Virus record (IMG/VR): IMGVR_UViG_3300005512_000299
Location: 1 to 25,314 of that record
Source of the DNA: a virus
Lineage: Duplodnaviria; Caudoviricetes
Strand: one strand, 5' to 3'
Length of the DNA: 25,314 bases
Under the pieces are notes generated by a model that ran no database searches, was not told where the DNA came from, and saw nothing but the letters and a program-made list of their open reading frames with translations. Each line of letters starts with the position of its first letter. Position 1 is the stretch's first letter. Positions 1-7,232 of the stretch are shown here, in pieces. Position numbers and translations under genes: made by a program.

Positions 1-80
1 AACACGTACAATTTAAGGGTAGACCACTGGCTCGGGATTTCTATTCTGTATTCTTGGGAATTCGCCTGTTCACAGTACAT

Positions 81-109
81 AAAATATACCATTGTCCGTC
101 AAAAGTCAA
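81..109 (-). promoter_or_regulatory. candidate sigma70-type promoter reading out of the left end of the window
   Basis: Minus strand reads TTGACT (109-104), 17 bp, TATTTT (86-81). An overlapping TGG-TATATT extended -10 is also present. It lies just after the stop of 118..258. Confidence 0.45.
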
Positions 110-117
110 CCAAAAAA

Positions 118-258
118 TTACTTGAGCCAAAGAATAATGGCTGCACCAGTAACCCCTGTCAGTATTGCCCACATGACCATAGTAATGTCGTTGACTCTGG
201 CCTCAATGCGGTCAAGGCTGTCTTGAATGTTCTGGAGCATTCTAGTATAGTCGTTCAT
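118..258 (-). CDS. small membrane protein (coiled coil plus C-terminal TM helix)
   Basis: MNDYTRMLQNIQDSLDRIEARVND is followed by hydrophobic ITMVMWAILTGVTGAAIILWLK. The start at 258 is my choice within ORF 118..309. Confidence 0.6.
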   Translation of the reverse strand: MNDYTRMLQNIQDSLDRIEARVNDITMVMWAILTGVTGAAIILWLK

Positions 259-559
259 CTTTGTACTTATCCTTATTAAATACACGAAGGTCGCTTTCCA
301 TAAGCTCAATCATACCCATTGCAGAAACCCTAAGTTCTTTTTTCATTCCGTGCCACTCATCAACAGGAAGTTTGCGTAAAACCAAACAAAGGTCATACAG
401 CGCCTTTAGCTTGTCAATAGCACGGGCAAAGACCAGGCTGACGGCTGTTTTACCCTCGCCCCTAAATTTGGCAACTTCCCGTAAAGAATGACCGTCCCAG
501 CGGTCTCTATGAGGCTCTCCGTAGGTCTGGTATAGTGCTTTGACGTTGTATCCTGCCAT
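242..559 (-). CDS. hypothetical phage protein
   Basis: 105 aa ORF translationally coupled (TAATG) to the upstream RHH gene. Confidence 0.65.
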   Translation of the reverse strand: MAGYNVKALYQTYGEPHRDRWDGHSLREVAKFRGEGKTAVSLVFARAIDKLKALYDLCLVLRKLPVDEWHGMKKELRVSAMGMIELMESDLRVFNKDKYKDERLY

Positions 560-738
560 TATTTGCCTTCCGTTATTTTTGACTGGTTTTCTTTGATGAT
601 TCTGGGTATCTCGTGCCTGATACCCATTTCAACAATTTTGGACATAGGTATACCTGAACGCCTAGAGAAGTCCCGAAGTTCGCGGACAACAAACCGGCAA
701 AGGTAAAAATTAATCATGTGCTTTTTGGAAACAAACAC
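559..738 (-). CDS. ribbon-helix-helix (Arc/CopG-like) DNA-binding protein
   Basis: Strand-like HMINFYL, then two helices RFVVRELRDFSRRSG and IPMSKIVEMGI. GTG start at 738 follows GAGGGGG. Confidence 0.65.
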   Translation of the reverse strand: MFVSKKHMINFYLCRFVVRELRDFSRRSGIPMSKIVEMGIRHEIPRIIKENQSKITEGK

Positions 739-908
739 TATTGCCCCCTCTTTCGGCAATTAGTACAAATACCTCTTGGTGCATCACCACCGCACTCCGG
801 GCATTTCGGCACAGAAAACCGGCACGACACACGGGTGCAGTATCCATCATGCTTAATGTTCCCGCACTCCGGGAATCTGCCCGGAGTGACACCGTTTGCG
901 TATCTCAT
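738..908 (-). CDS. small Cys-rich zinc-ribbon protein
   Basis: CPECG...CTNC pairs. ATG at 908 overlaps the TGA of the upstream ORF (ATGA). Confidence 0.55.
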   Translation of the reverse strand: MRYANGVTPGRFPECGNIKHDGYCTRVSCRFSVPKCPECGGDAPRGICTNCRKRGQ

Positions 909-1069
909 TGTTCGCCCCACTCTTCAAGGTTCATTCTCATTGTTTCGGACTCACTATTGTCTATTCCATCATGCCAACCATTATGGCACACAGAACATTC
1001 GTATTGCCAAGCGCCATCCTCAAAGAATGGTTCAAACGGCTCACCCCCGCACATCTTACACTTTTTCAT
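905..1069 (-). CDS. small zinc-ribbon protein (CxxCGG...CxxC, Lar-like pattern); not in the ORF track
   Basis: Hand translation: MKKCKMCGGEPFEPFFEDGAWQYECSVCHNGWHDGIDNSESETMRMNLEEWGEQ*. It has ATGA overlaps on both sides. Confidence 0.65.
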   Translation of the reverse strand: MKKCKMCGGEPFEPFFEDGAWQYECSVCHNGWHDGIDNSESETMRMNLEEWGEQ

Positions 1070-1308
1070 ACATGCTCCTTGCATTTTGTACAGAAATTAA
1101 AATCATCAACAGGCTCGCCACAGCAGGGCGAAAGAATCGAACAGTCTTCGCACACCTTTTCATTGTACATGTCGGATTCGACCAACTCTTCAAACATTTC
1201 TTCGCAGTAAGGGCACTTAACAAGCTCAGATTCATCATTTTCCCAATAATCAGGCGGGGTCAGGTTGTAGTCAGGAAGTCTATTCCCGGTGAATTTATGC
1301 AACTTCAT
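1066..1308 (-). CDS. small multi-CxxC zinc-binding protein
   Basis: CPYC, CEDC, CC and CTKC motifs. AGGAG precedes the ATG at 1308. Confidence 0.65.
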   Translation of the reverse strand: MKLHKFTGNRLPDYNLTPPDYWENDESELVKCPYCEEMFEELVESDMYNEKVCEDCSILSPCCGEPVDDFNFCTKCKEHV

Positions 1309-1520
1309 GCTATCTCCTTCCAAGAGGTTAAGGTGTCATCATTGTATTCAACAGCCATTCCGTGCATATCTTTGACACGCGCAATACCAAGCTCGAGAGC
1401 GTCACCGAGGTCAAACCCCGCACGCTCCATCATTTTGTCATCTTCCTCAGAAACACGGGCAAGGTAGACAACTGATCCGTCTTGCTGAATAGAGTGAAAC
1501 TGTACGTTGTTGTGAAACAT
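1305..1520 (-). CDS. hypothetical protein, first gene of the leftward operon
   Basis: 71 aa with a strong AGGAGG RBS, directly downstream of a consensus promoter. Confidence 0.7.
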   Translation of the reverse strand: MFHNNVQFHSIQQDGSVVYLARVSEEDDKMMERAGFDLGDALELGIARVKDMHGMAVEYNDDTLTSWKEIA

Positions 1521-1546
1521 TGGGCCTCCTTGTTAAGTACACCCTA

Positions 1547-1575
1547 ATAATACCACATTCCCGAAGCCTTGTCAA
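1547..1575 (-). promoter_or_regulatory. near-consensus sigma70 promoter for the leftward operon
   Basis: TTGACA (1575-1570), 17 bp, TATTAT (1552-1547), with a TGTGG extended -10 and an AT-rich upstream tract. Confidence 0.8.
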
Positions 1576-1661
1576 TAGTTTTTTATATATTTTTTAAATA
1601 ATTATTTTACCCAATAGTAGTATGGCATGTATACAATATCTTTGCATACCATATAAAGGTA

Positions 1662-1690
1662 TTGATTTTTGGCGCAACATGTAGTATATT
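1662..1690 (+). promoter_or_regulatory. sigma70-type promoter for the rightward (terminase) operon
   Basis: TTGATT (1662-1667), 17 bp, TATATT (1685-1690), followed by GGAGG and an ATG at 1710. Confidence 0.6.
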
Positions 1691-1709
1691 TCTAGGAATG
1701 GAGGAACCA

Positions 1710-1862
1710 ATGGTTGGCATAACGCAAACGGAGCTTGAGTACCTCCAGAAGACCGCAAAGCTATGTTCCAAGCTGTTTGACCAACTAGATGAATGCAAGT
1801 TGTTGATTGAAGCACAGAAGGCTGAAATAAGGAGAATAAGGGATGAACACGGAATCGAGTAA
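1710..1862 (+). CDS. small coiled-coil hypothetical protein
   Basis: 50 aa from ATG 1710 with a GGAGG RBS; heptad-like LFDQLDECKLLIEAQKAEIRRIR. Confidence 0.6.
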   Translation: MVGITQTELEYLQKTAKLCSKLFDQLDECKLLIEAQKAEIRRIRDEHGIE

Positions 1863-1922
1863 ATACTGCCAAATAGAAACAGCCACTACGTACACAAACT
1901 GACTTATTACATTATTAATGCA

Positions 1923-2300
1923 ATGAAATCAAAAACAGAGAAAAATCAGAGAAGTCTTGCAAACCTGAAACCCTTCAAGAAGGGGGAGAGTGGAAACCCT
2001 AATGGTAGGCCAAAGGGTGCGTCTGTAGTTGCAGAGTTAAGGAAGTTGGTTGAGGAGACAGACTGGAAGGATAAGAAGACCGGAAAGACACATTTACAAG
2101 CAAAGGCTATAGCGATGAAGTTGGTAAACATGGCGATGGACGACGAGGGGAACCTGGGGGCCATTAAGGAGATATTTGACCGGCTTTATGGCAAGGCGCA
2201 GCAGAATGTTAATGTTGATGCAAACGTTGGGTTAAAGGTAATCAGGCTGCCTCAGAAGAAAGCGCTGGGGGCACCGATAGACCTAAAGAATGAAATATAG
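1923..2300 (+). CDS. terS: terminase small subunit (DUF5681-type N-terminus)
   Basis: NLKPFKKGESGNPNGRPKG motif, GNLGAIKEIFDRLYGKA helix, and position upstream of TerL. Confidence 0.8.
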   Translation: MKSKTEKNQRSLANLKPFKKGESGNPNGRPKGASVVAELRKLVEETDWKDKKTGKTHLQAKAIAMKLVNMAMDDEGNLGAIKEIFDRLYGKAQQNVNVDANVGLKVIRLPQKKALGAPIDLKNEI

Positions 2301-2562
2301 GGGGTGGCCTGGAGCAAGTCAGGGAAAAGCAGATGATTTTGTATTCATCACCCGCCCCCCAATTATAACCTAATGGGTATAAAACTATTAAAAATTATAG
2401 GTTTTATACCACATCGGGTACAAACTGACCCCTGTTCCCGCCGGGGACACAGCTTGGCGACGTGCGCTAGTTCTCACAAGCCTTCCGGGTGCTGTGGCGG
2501 GTGGAACCGCACGGGGGTTGTATAAATACGACATTAAGCGCAGTAATATGGGATAATGACCT

Positions 2563-2853
2563 ATGAACCGGATGCAGAGACAGAAGCCTAGATATTTGTT
2601 TGCTGTGAGTGATTATAGCAAGGGTAAGATAGATTTGAGTGAACCTGTTGCCGTTAATACTATTTTGTGGTGTTACCGAACGGGGGCATTTTACCATATT
2701 CTTGAGGTTTTGGGTGAGAGTTGTACCGTTCGGGTTAAAAGATATAAGTTTGTTACAGGCAAACCGGAGCTGTCTGGTTATGGGTTCATGGTGGCCGGTG
2801 TGGCTAGAGGGGGGAAGTTTAACCGCAAGCAGAGGGAAATGCTAGGTGTTTGA
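2563..2853 (+). CDS. hypothetical protein
   Basis: 96 aa ORF whose end overlaps the TerL start. Confidence 0.55.
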   Translation: MNRMQRQKPRYLFAVSDYSKGKIDLSEPVAVNTILWCYRTGAFYHILEVLGESCTVRVKRYKFVTGKPELSGYGFMVAGVARGGKFNRKQREMLGV

Positions 2854-4270
2854 CTACACCCACGAGCAGAAGACAACGATAGACGGTTGGAGCCCACACC
2901 CGGGCCCCCAGACCGAGGTGTTAAGCAGACCAGAGAGGGAGGTATTGTATGGTGGTGCCAGAGGTGGGGGAAAGACTGAGGCCGGTATGGCGTGGCTTCT
3001 GGAGCCTGAGTATACGGAAAACCCAGCGTATGAGGCCGTTGTGGTACGCAAGAATACAAAGGACCTGTCAGAGTGGGTGCGGCGGTTTAGCAGATTTAGC
3101 GGAATCTCTCCGACAGGCTCAATGGCACCACAGTTCAAGTTCCCCGCGGGTGGAACGATTGAAACAGGACACTTGAAGGATAAGGATGCTTATGAGAAGT
3201 ACCAAGGGCAAGAAAAGCACAAAATCCTCATTGAAGAACTCACCCAAATCCCCGAAGAGAAGCAATATCTGGAATTGATAAGTTGCGCCCGCTGCCCGAG
3301 TACCCCAGACCTGTCGAGTCAAGTCATGTGCTCTGCGAACCCTGGTGGCAGGGGCCATGCTTGGGTTAAGCGTCGGTTTGTAGACACTTGCCTGAACAAA
3401 CCATTCAAGAGCCCAAAGGGAAACTGGCGCGTGTTTATCCCATCCACGGTTGATGACAACCCCACCCTGCTACACGATAAGGAATACATTGCATACCTCG
3501 ATGAGCTGCCGGAACCGCTCAGAAGCGCTTGGAGGTTTGGTAAGTGGGATATCTTTGTGGGGCAGTATTTCCTGAACTTCGGCGACCATTTAAAGGAAGA
3601 GCCATTCGAGATACAGCCTCACAGGTGCAAGGGGAGGATATATGGAAGTATGGATTACGGTTCCGGGTTTTCTGGGATTAGCTCTTTTGGTTATTGGTTG
3701 GTTGATGACGGTGGCATTCCACATCGACTCTTTACTAAGAGAATGCAGGGACTTACCGCCTCCGAGCAAGCTGATGAACTTTTTGATACTATTCAATCTT
3801 TTCACTATACTAGCGGGTATATGCCTCATATTGTATGGTATGATAATTCTATGGATAACAAGGCTCGTTTAGAGCAGGAGCGCGACTTTGCCCCGATTGA
3901 CTATTTTAAGAAGAAGTTTCCCAAAAATGTGCAGTGGGTAACGGCCAACAAGAGCAGGGTGCAGGGTTGGCAGATAATGATGGATTTCTTCGGGAGAGGG
4001 GTAGACGGGCTACCCAAGATGTATTATTGGGAGGGGTGGAACGGTTCTTTTGAGGATACTATTCCTTTGCTTGTGAGTGACGACAACCACCCAGAGGACG
4101 TATTAAAATGCGACATAGACCACGAAGCGGACGAGTGCCGTTATGGCCTGGTTGGGATAAAGGGGTTGCGGAGCCAAGCGGTAAGAAGCCCCGAAGACGG
4201 CGCAATGAAGATAAGGAATGCAATATGGAGAGCAAAGAAGAAGTTGGGCTCACCTGTGACGGGTTGGTAA
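2846..4270 (+). CDS. terL: terminase large subunit
   Basis: Walker A LYGGARGGGKT, Walker B-like ILIEELTQ, coupling motif SANPGGRGH, and RNase H-like nuclease motifs GSMDYG and DHEADECRY. GTG start. Confidence 0.93.
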   Translation: MFDYTHEQKTTIDGWSPHPGPQTEVLSRPEREVLYGGARGGGKTEAGMAWLLEPEYTENPAYEAVVVRKNTKDLSEWVRRFSRFSGISPTGSMAPQFKFPAGGTIETGHLKDKDAYEKYQGQEKHKILIEELTQIPEEKQYLELISCARCPSTPDLSSQVMCSANPGGRGHAWVKRRFVDTCLNKPFKSPKGNWRVFIPSTVDDNPTLLHDKEYIAYLDELPEPLRSAWRFGKWDIFVGQYFLNFGDHLKEEPFEIQPHRCKGRIYGSMDYGSGFSGISSFGYWLVDDGGIPHRLFTKRMQGLTASEQADELFDTIQSFHYTSGYMPHIVWYDNSMDNKARLEQERDFAPIDYFKKKFPKNVQWVTANKSRVQGWQIMMDFFGRGVDGLPKMYYWEGWNGSFEDTIPLLVSDDNHPEDVLKCDIDHEADECRYGLVGIKGLRSQAVRSPEDGAMKIRNAIWRAKKKLGSPVTGW

Positions 4271-4428
4271 TGGACGCATACGTGGCGGCAACAATGGATA
4301 TGCTGGCGGAGGCAACACTTGATGAGCGCGTTGAGCTATTCAGAGAGATTCGTTTGAATTATTGCTTGGATTGTGGGTTGAGCATTAGCCCGACTATGGC
4401 GTGTTACTGTGACCCGGAGGCGGCATGA
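4270..4428 (+). CDS. small Cys-rich protein
   Basis: TAATG coupling to terL; YCLDCG...CYC. Confidence 0.55.
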   Translation: MDAYVAATMDMLAEATLDERVELFREIRLNYCLDCGLSISPTMACYCDPEAA

Positions 4429-4566
4429 GGCGCAAACTGCCAGAAAGGTATGTTCAGATTAATGGTGACACGAGAGGGGACAGTAGGCTAATGTGGATTC
4501 TTTTCTTTAAGGGTGGTGATTCTCTGGACAGTCTTACTCTTTGGGGTGCAGACACGGGGAATTGTG

Positions 4567-4698
4567 ATGGGTAAGGGTAGCAAGAGCAGGCCGATGCGGA
4601 TAACCCAAGAGGAGTGGGAACGGCGCTTTGAAGAGGCTTTTAAGCCCGAATCTAAGGAGGAAGAGTGCGAGGACAATGCACAAGATGCGGAGCAATAG
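4567..4698 (+). CDS. small charged hypothetical phage protein
   Basis: MGKGSKSRPMRITQEEWERRFEEAF, a short basic and acidic peptide of a type common in phages. Confidence 0.5.
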   Translation: MGKGSKSRPMRITQEEWERRFEEAFKPESKEEECEDNAQDAEQ

Positions 4699-5000
4699 AC
4701 TACTGCCAGCGGTTGCACGGCAAGATAGTCTGTGAGGATTGCTATAACAGGTCGGGTTCTGTGGGCGTAGACCATGAGATGATGCGGGTACACATGGACA
4801 CCGAGGCCATTGCAGAGATACAGGCAGAAGGCGGGGCAAGGCGCATAGATGGTATTCTTGCCGACCTGCACGAGAAGCTGAGGGAAGACAACCCGAACAT
4901 ACTACCTGCAAACTACCTTGATGAATTGGGCCAGAAATGGCAGAAAGAGGAATACAAGGAAGATGGACAGGTTGAGTTCTACCGGAAAGGGGACATGTGA
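4665..5000 (+). CDS. zinc-finger-containing hypothetical protein
   Basis: CTRCG...VCEDC N-terminus; AGGAGG upstream of the GTG start. Confidence 0.65.
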   Translation: MRGQCTRCGAIDYCQRLHGKIVCEDCYNRSGSVGVDHEMMRVHMDTEAIAEIQAEGGARRIDGILADLHEKLREDNPNILPANYLDELGQKWQKEEYKEDGQVEFYRKGDM

Positions 5001-5188
5001 AACCAAGAATGAATTTTTTTGAGCCTCCGTCAACGTTTGAGTTGTGGTGGCTGTTGCAAAAAGAGATTATATACCATGATTTGCCGACCGTTTTTGCATG
5101 GATTGTTTGGAACACGGGGGAACTTTTGGGTTTTAAGAAGGTTGCCAGAGTGGCATGGATGGCCTCACAAGGTAGGGAGGACATGTGA
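4997..5188 (+). CDS. hypothetical protein
   Basis: 63 aa with GTGA overlaps to both neighbours. Confidence 0.55.
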   Translation: MKPRMNFFEPPSTFELWWLLQKEIIYHDLPTVFAWIVWNTGELLGFKKVARVAWMASQGREDM

Positions 5189-5346
5189 AAACCCTATTTT
5201 GTGACAAGTGCAACGAATACTTAGGTGAGATAGAGCGCGGCAAGATTCACAAGCGGGCACGGATCTTGTGTGAGGGTTGTGCAAGGGTGGAACAAGATAG
5301 AAGTACGGACAACTTCTGGGATTTTATTGGAGCGGCTAAAAAATGA
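5185..5346 (+). CDS. small zinc-ribbon protein; not in the ORF track
   Basis: Hand translation: MKTLFCDKCNEYLGEIERGKIHKRARILCEGCARVEQDRSTDNFWDFIGAAKK*. GGAGG RBS, with start and stop overlaps on both sides. Confidence 0.6.
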   Translation: MKTLFCDKCNEYLGEIERGKIHKRARILCEGCARVEQDRSTDNFWDFIGAAKK

Positions 5347-5615
5347 AAATACACGTTGAGGCGTTTGATAACGATGAGAGCAAGTCAATCGTGTTTCACA
5401 AGGGGTCTATCAGCAAGGAAGATATGCTATGTGCTGTCTCGTTTTACAACGAAATGGGGAAACTGACCCGTGCCGATGTTGCGCTTGTGGCAAACAGGTT
5501 CAAGGAACTGGTTGAAAACGCCCTGAAGATAGCAATGGAGCCTGAGAGCCGTATTGTTAAACCGAGCAATGGTATTGTTTTGCCGAACAGGGCAGCACGG
5601 AGGGCAAGGCGATGA
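5343..5615 (+). CDS. hypothetical protein
   Basis: 90 aa, ATGA overlap, basic C-terminus NRAARRARR. Confidence 0.65.
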   Translation: MKIHVEAFDNDESKSIVFHKGSISKEDMLCAVSFYNEMGKLTRADVALVANRFKELVENALKIAMEPESRIVKPSNGIVLPNRAARRARR

Positions 5616-5770
5616 TAGGAAAGGCTCTTGTGTCTGCGTGTTCAATGGTTGAGGCGGTAATTGACATGTATTATAGTGTCATGTGCTTTCTGGGGTATCA
5701 CAAATGGATAAGGACTTTGAGTGGTGGCTTTTTCTGTGCAAACTGCCATAAAGAGGTAAAAAAGCCATGA
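5612..5770 (+). CDS. small C/H zinc-binding protein; not in the ORF track
   Basis: Hand translation: MIGKALVSACSMVEAVIDMYYSVMCFLGYHKWIRTLSGGFFCANCHKEVKKP* (CxxGxHxW...CxxC pattern). Confidence 0.5.
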   Translation: MIGKALVSACSMVEAVIDMYYSVMCFLGYHKWIRTLSGGFFCANCHKEVKKP

Positions 5771-5804
5771 ATAATATTTTTTTTCTACTTTCGGTAATTT
5801 TTAC

Positions 5805-5833
5805 TTGCATCGGAACGATTTTTGTGGTATACT
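5805..5833 (+). promoter_or_regulatory. sigma70-type promoter upstream of the signal-peptide gene pair and portal
   Basis: TTGCAT (5805-5810), 17 bp, TATACT (5828-5833), with the same TGTGG extended -10 as the leftward promoter. Confidence 0.65.
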
Positions 5834-5982
5834 ATGTATTGAAACTAGTTTTGTTGTTCTCCTACCACCAGATTCTAAATGAACTTGATGAATATGGCAC
5901 AAAAGCCAAAGGTGGGGTTCGCTGTTAATCAGCCGATGCCCCGCCTATACCCATATATGGAACTAAATACAGGAGTTGTTGC

Positions 5983-6627
5983 ATGAAAAAGGTACTTTTA
6001 ACCGTTCTTTTGGCTGCCCTTGCGGTTTCAGCAGGCAGAGCCCCCTCCCGCCCAGCGTACAACACGCGGCATTTTTACGATACGCTGTATGTTGCATCGA
6101 CAGCAGATACATTCTCCCAGGTCTTTTGGCAGGATGCGGGAATGGAAAAAACCCTGCTGATTGAGATGAATGATACATCGGTTGCTGGGTTTGATTCCGA
6201 TTCGTGTGCTTTCAAGCTGGAGCTTTATCAGGCATGGCAGACACAACCAGAGTCAACAATTATACTTCTACCCTCACGTGCAAACCCTGATTCTACCGGC
6301 TGGCCGTATTCAAGTGATTTTGTTCTGTTTGACTCCCTCGATATTGCTGATATGGACACCGTTTCAACTTACCGCAGGGTTGCAATTCCATCAACAGACC
6401 TTTCAGGGGATACCACTGGCTACTATTACAAGACGGGTATTGATACCCTCATAAGCGTTTCAGCACAGATTGCGGCATTTGCTTATGTTCCGATAGCCCC
6501 CGATGCTTCTGCTGGTGTGGCGGTAAAGATTACCGGGAAAGCTTCAAACAAGAAGGGTGCCGGTTCAAGGATTATACTTAAGTGGTTTCAGGTCAAAGGT
6601 CAACCCGTTGATGTGGTTGGGAAATAG
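5983..6627 (+). CDS. secreted protein with Sec signal peptide, D-(S/T)-rich
   Basis: MKKVLLTVLLAALAVSA|G and an AGGAG RBS. It has 10 D-S/T dipeptides, 6 of which match D[ST][AILVMT]. Confidence 0.8.
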   Translation: MKKVLLTVLLAALAVSAGRAPSRPAYNTRHFYDTLYVASTADTFSQVFWQDAGMEKTLLIEMNDTSVAGFDSDSCAFKLELYQAWQTQPESTIILLPSRANPDSTGWPYSSDFVLFDSLDIADMDTVSTYRRVAIPSTDLSGDTTGYYYKTGIDTLISVSAQIAAFAYVPIAPDASAGVAVKITGKASNKKGAGSRIILKWFQVKGQPVDVVGK

Positions 6628-6628
6628 C

Positions 6629-7231
6629 ATGAAAAACCTGCTTTTGATAGTTCTGGTGCTTATCGGGTCTGCTTGGGCCCGTTCTCCGTATTCTCCGAGG
6701 GGTGGCAGGGCATACGGGCAAGACCAGTACACCAACGCCATGATAACGATTGATTATGAGCACCACGAGATACACGAGGGGGCGCATTTCTTTATCTGTG
6801 ACACCATAACGCTTGGTTCAGGTGATTCTGTTATGTTTGCCATGAAAACCGATGCAGGGCCGAAGGAAGTTCACCTTGCGTGGGACATTTTTGGCTCTAA
6901 AGGCATTTTTCTTGAGATATTTGAGGGTGCCGGTATAACTTGGGACGGGGCAAACGCAACGATAAGGAACAACGACCGCAACAGCGCCACGGTTTCAACG
7001 GTTGATTCTTTACAGGCTGACCCGACGGTTGTGTCATTGGGAACCAGGATACAGGTTGACATTGGCGGTACGGCCACAAACCCTGCAAGCGGGATACCTG
7101 GGGTTGCATCAAGAAACCGTGAGTTGATACTAAAAAAGGGCACTGTTTACCTGTTCACAATAACTTCACAGGCTGCGAGCAACATTATTGGGTATTGTGG
7201 GCAGTGGTACGAACCGACACCAAAAGATTAA
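6629..7231 (+). CDS. secreted beta-rich protein with Sec signal peptide (putative virion structural protein)
   Basis: The likely start is ATG 6629: MKNLLLIVLVLIGSAWA|R. It has an HHEIHEG motif, alternating beta-strand pattern, and sequons DTI, DSV and DSL. Confidence 0.78.
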   Translation: MKNLLLIVLVLIGSAWARSPYSPRGGRAYGQDQYTNAMITIDYEHHEIHEGAHFFICDTITLGSGDSVMFAMKTDAGPKEVHLAWDIFGSKGIFLEIFEGAGITWDGANATIRNNDRNSATVSTVDSLQADPTVVSLGTRIQVDIGGTATNPASGIPGVASRNRELILKKGTVYLFTITSQAASNIIGYCGQWYEPTPKD

Positions 7232-7232
7232 T

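Noticed and set aside
718-1467. 249 aa + strand ORF
   Set aside because: It is antisense to a chain of coupled minus-strand genes with good RBSs and a promoter, and has no recognisable motif.
2300-2520. tRNA or hammerhead ribozyme
   Set aside because: There is no T-loop GTTC/anticodon-arm arrangement and no CUGAnGA...GAAA core in the right context.
4534-5184. 216 aa - strand ORF
   Set aside because: It is antisense to several coupled + strand genes and has no motif or RBS.
5767-5928. 53 aa hydrophobic ORF (MNNIFFLLSVIFTCIG...)
   Set aside because: It may be real, since it has an ATGA overlap, but the hydrophobicity may only reflect the T-rich promoter it overlaps. Not enough support to call.
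6557-6628. N-terminal extension of the 224 aa ORF
   Set aside because: It overlaps the upstream gene; ATG 6629 gives a clean signal peptide 1 nt after the previous stop.
7188-7232. TTG-started extension of the portal
   Set aside because: It overlaps the upstream gene; ATG 7233 directly follows that gene's stop.
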